DNA of 54,715 nt, counting the filler, from Basidiobolus ranarum (Eukaryota), in assembly GCA_040143965.1 (NCBI GenBank). It is 4 parts of 4 records of this genome, joined end to end, with 100 filler letters (N's around TTAATTAATTAA, not from the genome) between each part and the next. Parts side by side here need not be neighbours in the genome. Positions count along the whole stretch, not along the records: positions 27,431 to 41,036 come from JASJQH010007350.1; positions 41,137 to 54,715 come from JASJQH010007351.1; 2 more parts are not named here. The stretch is one strand, 5' to 3'. Both the position numbers and the translations under genes were made by a program. Of this stretch, positions 40,470-52,195 are shown piece by piece; position 1 is the first letter of the stretch, and every line of letters starts with the position of its first letter. Under the pieces are notes generated by a model. It saw only the letters and a list, made by a program, of their open reading frames with translations. It was not told the origin of the DNA and ran no database searches.

Positions 40470-41036
40470 ATGAACAATAATCAAAAGAAATATCGTGTGT
40501 TGGTGACCCGCATGTTTCCTGAAGAAGCTCAGAGAAAGCTAGAGCAACAAGAAATGTAAGGTACACATTCTGGTTATGTTATAGTAGGAAGGGGAAACTA
40601 ACGATAGAGTTAGGCTGGATATTACTCAGTGGGAGGCACCTAAAGCTCGTGAAGATCTCCTCAAACAGGTTAAAGGTACCAACTTTTGACATGTCTGATG
40701 TAATAAGAATATCAATCCTAAAGTTTTGCTCAGACATGGACGGTATTATTTGCATGGGTACTGAAAAAATTGATAAAGAGGTTCTTGAGGCAGCTGGTAA
40801 GTACATTTTGTGTCATGTTTTTTACAGAAAGTGTTTTTAATGGGCGTTTGCTATTTAGGTTCTCACCTAAAAGTAGAATTTCACGAGCACTTTTTTCAAC
40901 GATTTGCCTGCTAACTTTGTTCATTGGATTAGGTGGTTTCAACTTTTAGTGTTGGTTACGATCATATCGATGTTCCTATCTGTAACGAATATAAGGTTAA
41001 AGTCGGCAACACCCCTGGTGTGCTGACTGATTCCAC
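40470..41036 (+). CDS. Glyoxylate/hydroxypyruvate reductase-type D-2-hydroxyacid dehydrogenase, 3'-partial
   Basis: YRVLVTRMFP...REDLLKQVK|DMDGIICMGTEKIDKEVLEAAG|SHLK (14-nt micro-exon 40859-40872)|VVSTFSVGYDHIDV...VGNTPGVLTDST. Cut by the gap. Confidence 0.9.
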
Positions 41037-41136
41037 NNNNNNNNNNNNNNNNNNNNNNNNNNNNNNNNNNNNNNNNNNNNTTAATTAATTAANNNNNNNN
41101 NNNNNNNNNNNNNNNNNNNNNNNNNNNNNNNNNNNN
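41037..41136. other. Artificial contig-join spacer
   Basis: N run with TTAATTAATTAA at 41081-41092. Confidence 0.97.
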
Positions 41137-42403
41137 CAGTCCTAACCTCCATCATCAATCAAGACACCAAAACCATTCTCATAGCTTAAGAATGGCGTTT
41201 TGCGAGGCAGCATACACCATGATGAAAATACTTCCATTACCTCAACTCGGTCATCTCTACGACCAACTGATTAGATTACCTCAATATGCTTCGAAATCAT
41301 TCTTATCCGTCCAATATGTTAAAGATGACTCGCTCTCAAGTATAGCTACCGAATCGATAAAAAATGGAGTGCTCAAATGGCGCTCAATCGAGTCATTAGA
41401 TCAGACTGTCTATGCCCCATGTTACTCTATTCTTTCACAGGTATGGACGTTATATGCATCGAGGACTGTCAAGCCTTCGCCAGGCCTTTACGTTGGGTTG
41501 TACTACTTGCAAACCGTGCCAACTGGTATTAACATACTGCTTCCACGCGATCGTAAGCATATGATTCCTATGGTGAAGATTAGAGAGGATTCTGACCTTG
41601 ACGAGGATGAGTGGAAGTTACTCCTTGAAGCAAAAAAAGGCTCGGAAGAAACCAATTTAAACGATGATATGTACTTCGATCTGCAAGCTCGTAAAGGCGA
41701 ATCTCCGTTGAATTATTTTAAATATAAATTTGCAACTGACTTCTTGAAACTACAACATCTTGTCCGACTCAGCTTGAGTGCTCAAGATATCTACGACGTC
41801 GAAACGACAGAATTCAAAGTTCCAAAAGATTTTGGAAGCCCCAATAATGTAATGGAAACAGTTCGGATAATATTAATTGTGAAGCCATTGCGACTTTTAC
41901 AAGATTCAAGCGAGCTACAAAGCTATGCGCATCATCCACGACTTGCTATGTACCCATTCAGACACTTTGAAACACTTCACAATCATATGTACAACCCAAA
42001 ATATGTTGTTTATCGCCGTGCGATGCTTTCATACCAGAACTACCTTCACGAAGCTAAAAGAGGAATACTATCGTGTATTCAGCATCTGAACCTGACAGGC
42101 GACAACTCTGGACCGTTGACAAAAGAGTCCATCATTTCACTGATACACGAGAAGATTGACAAACTAAAAAGTACTTGGCCAACGATATCTTGGAGTGTTC
42201 GTGTTTTAGATTGGGATCGAGATAGACAATGGAAACACAATGCTAACTCGCAAGTTATGCACTCGGGCGGAGATCTGACCATCAAACGGGCCAAGTCAGG
42301 TACCAAAGGCTCGTTAAAGAATAGTAATAACAATGAAAAGATATGTTACGCTGCTCCTGTGCTTGAGGAATTAGTAGGATATCCTACAAACTTGATGCTG
42401 TGA
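41137..42403 (+). CDS. ANKFN1/WIDE AWAKE C-terminal-domain-like protein, paralogue A (5'-partial)
   Basis: The ORF is open from the contig edge and is clearly paralogous to 45788-47362. Motifs LGHLY, KWRSIESL, SPGLYVGLYYL, MVKIRE...EEW-like DEW, IYDVE, FETLH..Y, TWPTISWSVRVLDWDR. Confidence 0.8.
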
Positions 42404-42789
42404 CCCTGCTGACAACATGAGTAAAAATCCGAGATTTTGGTCAGTTTTGATGACTTTTTTGTGAAATATAAGAATAGCCATTATCTTTGCTAAATACACC
42501 AGTTTTAAACCGTCTATCCTCTACTATATAATCAAGCATTCTTTGTTCTTGCATCTTTAATTTTGCTACTCACCGAATATCGAAATATCACCGAATAAAC
42601 CATGTTTTCAATTTAACAGCTGCAGCAAGAATCTTTTTTGAAGTGAGTTCGTAAAAAGGCATTCATGTACGAGATTGTTATCCCTCCGGGATAGATGAAG
42701 TTGATAGGTGCAATAATGGATTTATTAAGGCATACACAAGTGTGTTGATACGATCTGAAGATCTAGTAGAAACCCGATCAAATGCTTCA

Positions 42790-43553
42790 TTAATCATCTT
42801 TAAGTTCTAGTGACCACGTAAACTCGATATTCGCAACTGGCTCTGACTTATCGTTCACTATTTTCACCATTGAAATAGCCTCTCCTTTTCCACTAAAGCG
42901 CTCCACCTGAAATTCCCCTTCAGCGGTTAATTTGCCTCGAGCTTTCTTGAAATACTATATCATTGTTATCAAGATATTGAAAGGAGATAAAAGGTTTCAA
43001 GATAAGTAGAATCAATGGTTAGTTGAAGAGAAATGGTGGAGAATTCAAAAAAAAGTAGGCTCATAATTACCTCCACTTTGAATCCTTTCAAGATGCCTCG
43101 ATCTTTTTTACCGAGTTTCGTGAATAATGCTAAACCACCTACTGTTTCACCAAATAAACATAAAGCAGCGGCATGTACACTATTGAACGGATTTCGAAGT
43201 GAATTCTTTTCCTGCAATGTATGTAAACAGTTAAATAATTGAGAACTTTGACTGGTTTGGTTTGAAGTAATACATATTGACACAATTTCACTCACTTCGA
43301 TGGTAGCCACCACTCGGCCGGTTTCTAACTCGAGAATTTTCAAAGGAATAGTTCTACTGTATGGATTAATAAAGCCAAGTATTTTCACGAATATCCAACT
43401 CCTACAAATACGAAGTGGAGAATCTCCAAGTGCTTTCCATAAAGGAAGTGGCTCACGCAGTTTGAACAGATTCAAATATATGAAAATAGCACCAGGTAAT
43501 ACTGCTAATATCAGAGTACCTAACGAAGCCAAGACAATAATATTGAAACTCAT
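42790..43553 (-). CDS. Hotdog-fold thioesterase-like protein (PaaI/DUF4442-type) with N-terminal TM segment, 3 exons
   Basis: NPYSRTI...GRVVATIE|EKNSLRNPFNSVHAAALCLFGETVGGLAL...GILKGFKVE|YFKKARGKLTAEG...VANIEFTWSLELKDD*. The first ~30 aa are hydrophobic. Confidence 0.82.
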
Positions 43554-43906
43554 TTTCACAAAGAGTAGAAAGATACTTGTCCACTATATAACTTGGCAAA
43601 AAAAGCGGATTACTCAATTTTCAATTGAAACCATACCGAATGATCAGCTAGTGAGCACGTGAAACCTCATGGTTCCCTTCTGAAATTATGCTACAAAATG
43701 AGACTACGTGTACATTTTAGCTAGCTTGCCTAAAACACCGATGGTAATAGAATAATTTCAACTGTGGTAAAGAAATTTAAACTCTCCATGTCAATTCTAA
43801 AGAAACGTAAGTTGAGGAATGACTTTCTGCGGTACCTGCTGAGGGAAGTGATCCGCAATATTTCTCTAGGAATTACTCCAGTTTCGGTTTATTAATTTAC
43901 TGATCA

Positions 43907-46900
43907 ATGTTGGTAGCAACACGGGCTATGAGATATAAATACCATAACCTACCAACGTGCTTATTAATTTGAAAATCAAATATTACGGATACTAATGGCT
44001 TTAATGGTTACTCTGTGGCTTGAGGGTAATCTGTGCTCCTCAGTATATAACTATTTTATAACCCCAGCTTATAATAAATGCAGATGATTTACTACATCAA
44101 TTTACTATGTATGCATCCTACAACCTTATTTAAATACGCTGCTGAGAACAAGATGGAACAAATCTCTCCGAAAGACCCTGGTTTTATCCTTGACTAGCGA
44201 ATGTTCTGCTACTACAATCAATTCCTTCCCTTCTTTCATAACGTCCTGCTAAATCCTACAGGTCGTACATACTTGACTACTAACTGAAGACATCGCTATA
44301 ATCAGTGATGATTCACACCTGTCTGTCGACAATGCCCTAGAACATATCAAGTTCGTTATATTAGATTTTTACAATGAGGTACAGATAGGGAGTCGGTGTT
44401 TTCGAAGTAATATTGAATCCTTGGAAGTAAATAATCCCCGAATGATATGTAGATATCAGTTTTATACTTTAATGTATTCAATCATATCGAATGAGATAAA
44501 TGCTAGTATTATTACCTTGCATGTCACCAATTATCCTTATAGCATGGGGGGAATTACGCATCTCCGTATCGATCAACCTTTAGCCGGTAGGAGCAAGCGA
44601 AACTGATTGGAGCTAGCACTTCATTTATTATCTAACACGACATAGCTGAAAGAGACTCGAGCTACATCAATATATAGACTCAGCTATATATTTCGGTATA
44701 TCCCCCATTCAATCAATCTGCTTACTGAAACATATAACTTCACTCTATCTATAAGTGGAACTGGCGAAAGTCATGATTTGTTTTTGGAAGTCTCAGCGAA
44801 AGCAGGGCGGCAAGTGCATAAATTTCATTTCCTTTCATCAATTTCACTACCTGCAATGATCGTAACTCAGGTACTGTGAACTCATATCTACTCATTAAGA
44901 TATATAGTATTGATCAAGAAGCACTTATAAATAGACAGAGTTGGGTATTGCTCATTCTTACACTCCAAGGAACTCTGGAATCACAAACTAACCATAGTCT
45001 GATAGTTTCATTCAATCCTCAATCCTTGAATAATCTGTGGAGTAGTTAATATTCATATGAGCATCACTGAAAAAAGAAGGTCTCTCACAAACCAACCTGA
45101 TTTTCTTTCGGCTGGGTAACGTACTAATAATTGAGTACACCTTGAGCAACTACTAACTGAGCAGTTTTATACCTTAGTTCAAGTATTACCATCGTGGTCA
45201 AAGATGTATCACGCATAAAGACAATAACTCTATGCATTCCTCAAGGAACAACAGTTCGAAAAGTGGCTGAGCTGGTATGACTTGTTTGTAATGACTTATT
45301 TGATCTAGTTCCCCCCCCCACTAACTAAGCAACCCAATGCAATCCAACAGTGTTGCGAGAAATTCGAATATTGGGAGGATTGGAATTATGCAATGTGAGT
45401 ATTTGGTCTCCTCAGAAAATTCGGTATATTAGTATTGACAAGATCAGTGAGAGGATAGAGTTGTTGATACGCAAGTACTATTGCCACTGTAAACACCATG
45501 CAACGAGACTAATTCATTTATTTTGCCATTTAGCTACTGCGAGTTACTAGATAGCTGGCTAAATGATGATATCCCAGTTGATGCATACCCACCAGAAGCC
45601 AGAGTACGTTATCACACATACAAAAGTCATTCAAATGTAGTCTGACTTCATTTTGCTTATAGGGATCACTTCTTGTTCTGAGTAAGAAACCAGATTACTT
45701 CGAACTCGTTTCCACAAAATCGGTAAGGTTTGAAAACTATCCTCTACCAGAGTTAGATCTTTAACGATTAGAACTTTTGATATAAAGTCCATTCTATCCC
45801 GCAACTCAGAAGAGGTCATCAGATATCTACCGCCCAAAGCAAACTCTTTCACCAACTTTTTCGGTCGCTCGTATACCTCCTTAAAGACTAAACTGCGCGA
45901 TGACTGTCTATACCTCTCTGTATTGATATTTCGTAGCGACCATAAGGTATTACAGACCGGAGGTGGTCTACTTCCTACTCTAACTGTTGCCGAGAACTTC
46001 GCTTCACTCAATGGAGGAAAGGAGTTTACCGAAAGCTGCGAGGAATTCTCATGGATCCTGAAGAGCTCGATGGAGTGGGAAACGACGAATGTATCCGAGT
46101 GCTACAATCCTAACCTCCATCATCAATCAAGACACCAAAACCATTCTCATAGCTTAAGAATGGCGTTTTGTGAGGCAGCAGATACCATGATGAAAATACT
46201 TCCATTACCTCGACTTGGCCATCTTTACGAACAGATGATTGAACTCCCAAAATACAAGTCAAAAGTACTTTTAGCTGTTCAATATGTTTCCGACAAATAC
46301 CTACCCACAGTTGCCACTGACCTGCTGAAGAATGGTACTTTAAAATGGCGCTCGATCGAGTCTTTGAATTCCAAAATGTACACTCCATGCTATTCCGTCC
46401 TCTCACAAGCATGGGCCATATATGCCTCTCGAACTGTCAAGCCTTCGCCTGGACTCTATGTTGGGCTGTATCATTTGGAGACTACAGCAACTGGCATCAA
46501 CATTTTACTTCCTCGAAATCGTAAACATATGCTTCCCATGGTAAAAGTTCGGGAAAATTCTGAATTAACCGCGGAAGAGTGGAAACTCATTTCGGAAGCC
46601 AAACAGGAATTCTCCGAAGAACTAAATAATGAAATGTTTTTCGACTTACAAACACGAAAAAAGATCTCGAAATTAGATTATTTCAAATATCAACTTGTAA
46701 AAGCGTTCCTAAAGTTACAAAATCTTTCACGACTAAAGTTAAGTATGGCCAATATTTACGATGTAGAAACGGTTGAATTGAAAGTACTTCGAAGAGAAAA
46801 TAACAGGGATGTTATGGATACGGTTCGGATCATATTATTGGTAAAACCTTTACGTCTAATACAGGAATCTAACGTTCTAAAAAGTTATGCCCATCACCCA

Positions 46901-47362
46901 CGTCTCGCCATGTATTCATTTAAGCACTTTGAAACCCTTCATAACCATGTTTACAACCCCGCATATGTATCATATAGAAGGAAAATGCTCTCTTATCAGA
47001 CCTATCTTAACGAAGCCAAACGAGGGATTCTCTCGTGCATTCATCATCTTAAGCTGGAAAATGAGGATGCAGCTCGGTGGACGAAAGAGAAGGTTACCGC
47101 GCTGCTCTATCGGAAAATTGACGAATTGAAAAGTACATGGCCATCCATTTCTTGGAGTGTACGAGTACTGGAATGGGACCGAGCGAGACGCTGGGAACAA
47201 TTAGGGGGCTCTCATAAGGTACATTCTGCTAGCGAATCGTGTGTCTTGAGGGCCAACTCCATTCACAAAATAATATTGAATAACGCGAAAAATACACCAT
47301 TCATTACGCCACCTTTTGAAGATGAACTACCTCTCTATGCTAGTAATCTGATGCATGTTTGA
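43907..47362 (+). CDS. ANKFN1/WIDE AWAKE C-terminal-domain-like protein, paralogue B; many small 5' exons (start uncertain) and a 1575-nt last exon
   Basis: The last exon 45788-47362 is open. Upstream exons 45178-45274, 45351-45394, 45459-45470, 45534-45603 and 45663-45722 splice in frame. Further exon-like segments extend back to ~43.9 kb but are not firmly resolved. Confidence 0.75.
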
Positions 47363-50300
47363 TCACTCCATTTGGTTGATGTGATTTCTTTAAAAGAGTT
47401 GTTCAATCAGATTTCAATTTTGTGACTTTCCCAACGTTTTACTTGCGTTCTCTTTGTTTATTTGATTTTTAGAATGATAAATAAATTTGTTCATCTCCAT
47501 AATCACGCAACAGCGAATATATACCAGTAATAGCTGATCAGTAAGAATGTTAAGCAACTGCTTTACTATTGATAGGGAGACAGTTTCTGGGGATTGCACT
47601 AGTCAATATATATTCACGGTAACAACACAAAGTATTTATGCATTTCATAGAAATACAAAAAATAAACAATCGGGTTATGTTCAGTACATACAGTCTGCTC
47701 ATATCCATTCTGGATAGCATAATACTCTATGTATCATTCAGGTATTTGAGATAAATAATTAGTTCAATAAGCCTATGATATAAGGAGCAGAGATATTACT
47801 AATCTGCTCACATAGAATATAATATACTAAACCATGTATGTGGAAATTCTGATCATTTCTTAAGCACACTACAGACTTTATATATTTCTTCCATGCATGC
47901 TAGAGCTCTCTTTATAGATTTCGTTCATCTCAGATGTCGGTAATGAGAGTTAGTTACGATAACTTCTGCGTACAATTTTAGTGATATTGCTTCATCTTGT
48001 CACTTTGTGTTCAATCTCTCAGGCCATTGAAGATTTGTCAGTACTTGAGAGACATATCAGGTTGCATATCCCTTTTATATCTGATTACAATATTCTTTCA
48101 ACTTGCATGCAAATCATAAAAAGGTAAGTTGAGGAGACTGCTTGATGAGTTGTTTTGAAAACAAGTATGGTAAATAGCAATAAACGTAATCATCTTAATT
48201 TCCGAGACATTTACTTGAGCTCTGATTGAGTTGTGCGTTGTATGTACAGTCGATTCATGCAGTTAATACAAAGATATTGTTATTTGAGAAATAGTTACTA
48301 AAATGTGAATAAGTTACGAGCTATAGTGTGTTGTAAACTACTGGTATATTTTTAGATGATCATCCTTATCTTTTAATCAGTGTAAAGAATTACATATGAT
48401 ATATAATTCCAACCTACTTTTGTTAAAGTATTTTGGGACTTTGGAAGTTTCAGTCAAGTTCCCTAACTTTAAACTTTTCTCATTTATAAAACGTTCATTG
48501 ATTTTGTATATTATTTGATTGCTTTTGAATCTCCATATAAGCATTTTTCTAACTATTATTAGTTGAGCGGATATATATATACATGGTGATCAAGCACCGG
48601 TTTTGACATCTAGAAAATTCAATGGAAAGAAATGAATCTTTATGAACACCAGTGTACATTCCAAAAGATACAACATTTTAAATTTATCTCATTGTTTTCG
48701 TAAATAAACACCAGATCAAATTGCTAATCTTAAACCATGAGCTGGTTAACTCTATAGGTTCTAGTTACATTTGGCCACACGTATACACTCTGTAGTCAAC
48801 ACCATGGCATGGAAAACAATGGCAAATGGCTTAGATATTTGTTTAGTGTCTAGATATTCAGCTATCCATATAATGCATGTTCAGGGCTAACCGTATTGCT
48901 ATTTCAAGAAAAAAATTGAAGGTATAGTGAGCGAAATAGCCTTATAGATTAGCGATACTTTGACCGATTTAGTGCTATAAACCAATGGATGAACAAGAAC
49001 TTCCAATGTGATCGAAATCTAGGAATTAATTCCAATCAAACGATCAATGCTCATTAATGACAGTTGATTTCAAGTGGAATCATGGTTGAACGTGTGTGGA
49101 AGTTTGGCTAATCCATTGGCAATACCTTACAATTTCACCTCTGCGTAAGACCCAGTTAACGAGTGGAGTAATAGTTTACTCGTTGAGGTTAGGGTTTTGT
49201 GGTCGGCTTTCCATATAATTATTCCATACCTCCGGTAAACTAAAATTCACATCGTCGATTCGTTGAGTGATTTCGGGATAGAATCTCACTCTCTGATGCT
49301 TTAATCATTTACCGAGATCACCCTCTCACTGCAGAGGAACCGGCGCATGTTCGAGTCGCAATTGGATCTAGTGTTGACCTCAAGTATCATGACAATGTTC
49401 GGGAAATGGATTCAATCGCTGATACGTTGGCTGTGTCTCTTGTTGCCCTAGTCAGTCCAATCCATCTGTTCACGGGGATTAGAGTATTCAGAGTTCCAAG
49501 AGATTTGATAGTTCAGAAGAGTCATTTAGGAAATAAGCTATATTAAAGTGACATAAGCAACCTACCATGATTGTGTACGAAAAGTAAAATTAATTTAGGT
49601 AGCTAACGGTATTCTATTTCATATCTGAGGTAAAGCCATCGATAAGTTGCGTGGTTAGCTTGGCTTGGTTCAGAGGTGTCGTGAGAATTAAATGAATTTC
49701 TTGGGATACGGGCTAAATGATCACTGTCTCGATCAGTAATAGAATTCACCTCGACCCACAACACCATCAGCATGTGTGATTTGCAGTGACTAGCACAAGT
49801 CGACAGAATATGACTGAATAGCGTCCAGTGGATACGAGTCTTGATTCGGCGAAACTTGTACCTTTTAATCAAAATCCCGTTGTCTCACTTTCGGGACAAC
49901 GCGTCACCTCTATTGGTGGTGGGCGCTAGAGAGACGTAAGTGGCATTCCCGCTGAACAAACAGTCTACGTGTTACAACTACAATAAGGATTCGGTAGAGC
50001 AGGCACAGTGTAGTTGCGCATGGATACGTCAACACAGAGTGTGCAGCAGTAGATAATCCAATTCTAGTGTAGTGAAACTTGGACAGTGGCAAAATTACAA
50101 GAATTGTGAACTGGAGTGCAAGCTTAAAGATTCATGCATGTCTGGTGTTTCCGACAGACCGATAGGGTTACTAAGGATAGCCTTACCACACCTGACAATA
50201 TCTATGTCTTAAACCCCACCACAAATTCGAAGCTATCAATTTAATATATCTTCTCTCCCTTTTCTCGAAAGAAGTCAGATGAAGCAAAATAATTGGCAGG

Positions 50301-50553
50301 AAGAACCCCGCGATCAAGTCGATTTCAATCACAGCCACAAACAGCACCATCATACACGATCAGTTTCCACTTTCGGAATAGCTTGTGGACACCGGGGATT
50401 CTCAGTGCATTCCTTCCTTGGATGGAGCTCGTAAATCCCAAACAGACATCAACTATAAATGGCCTATTTGGCCCAGATATGTCTGGCAGAAAACTGAACT
50501 TTCGTCATTTTTAATCTTTCGACACTTTCCTCAAATCATTCTAGCTTCGTGCC

Positions 50554-51530
50554 ATGCTCCGTCAAATAACTCAGATCTTGGTTATAGTTACTTTACTAAG
50601 CTACGCTGTTGTTGATGCTACCCTTGCCTTTACTGCCCCTTTGGGGGTAGATTGGAAAGCTGGCACTAAAAATATCATTACCTGGTAAGTGTTGCAGGAT
50701 TGTCTACTTTGTTCACTATTAAATTTATGTCTGACATTTCGATCATCTCTTCTCAGGGTCGATAATGGTGACGGTAAAGGAATGCCTGCGACTGTTGACC
50801 TGTCTCTACTAAATGGACCAGCTAGTGCCCTTCAACTCATCGCGAATGTTGCATCTAATGTAAGTACTGCACCAGGTTCGTACGAATGGACTATACCCAC
50901 CGATATCCAACCAGGACAATATGTACTTAGAGCTGGTGGCGGTGACGGTTCCTATAGTCCATTTTTTACCATCAGTGCTCCTGATGCCAACGCCACCACT
51001 ACCTCCTCTGCCAGCGTTCAGCCAACTGTAATACCCGTAAATGTTACCACATCTACTGCACCAGTTAGTACTTCCGAGTCTTATGCTGCTACTATAACTG
51101 TCACTACCACCACTACCTCCTACTCAACTGAACTTGAGCCAACTGCAGTACCCACAAATGGCATCACACCCACTTCACCCGTTAGTAGTTCGGAATCTTA
51201 TGTTGCTACTGTAACCATCAGTACCACCGTCACTTCATCCAAGTCTATAACTGATGCTGCATCTTCCCAACCTACCTCTGATCTTAGTACCCTTAGTCCT
51301 TCACCTATATCCTCTGTAAGTTCCATTGTTTCCGTAAGTTCCGTTGCACCCGTAACTTCTTCAGATTCAGCCATCTTTTCATTAGCCACCGAGACAGCTA
51401 CAACATTGAGCCTAGTGTCACTGCAGTTAGAGAAAATGTTAATTCATCCAATGCAGCAGAACATATGGTATCATCAATGAAGATTGTATCAATGATCGCG
51501 ATTTTCAGTTACATCGTCACCTTTGCATAA
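50554..51530 (+). CDS. Ser/Thr-rich secreted GPI-type cell-surface protein (Kre9/Knh1-like N-terminal domain); apparent frameshift near 51400
   Basis: Signal MLRQITQILVIVTLLSYAVVDA; FTAP..WKAG...ITW|VDNG...DLSLLNG...LQLIANVASNV...GSYEWTIP...YVLRAG...YSPFFTI; S/T stalk; the hydrophobic tail lies in a shifted frame ending at TAA 51530. Confidence 0.85.
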
Positions 51531-52195
51531 ATCTATCCCAAGATAGTGAAAGGTTACTACAATACATCTATTTATTCCCTTCTCCCCTCCCCTTCATCTT
51601 CCCATTTCTTTTCTCTTTTTCTTCTCTCTATGGATGACCATGATGATTTTTCGTTATCTCCATTTACTCAACTCATTCATTTACACGAACAATTCACACC
51701 ATGGAAATATCATTGAAAATAAATATGAATGTTCAATCATACATAATTCTATGTCAAGATCGAAATCCAATTCATCGAATGAAATTCCATCTCATCATTC
51801 AATTTATTAATATTAATTTCATTCCCAATGAATATTCCTTGATTTTATTATTTATCAAAAAACCAATAAAAAATTTTAAGATGTATTTCATTTCATAATC
51901 TATATGAAAATCTTTCTAAATTTTGGAATGAAATATTTCGAAATTTAAGAAGAAATTGATTCTATTAAAAAGATCATGTTTATGAAAAATTTATTGTATT
52001 GTTCCTATTAGTAATCAAATGGGAATTAAATACTGGAAAATAATCCGGCAATTCCATTACTTCTTGATCCAATTTTATTGAAATTTCGTGGGTGATTTAT
52101 GGATTTCTTTGAATAGAGTGAATGGACTGAACTTGCATTATATGAAACTACTTTATCTAGGTATGAAATGGGTTCAAGTTTGGTTACTGCTTTCC

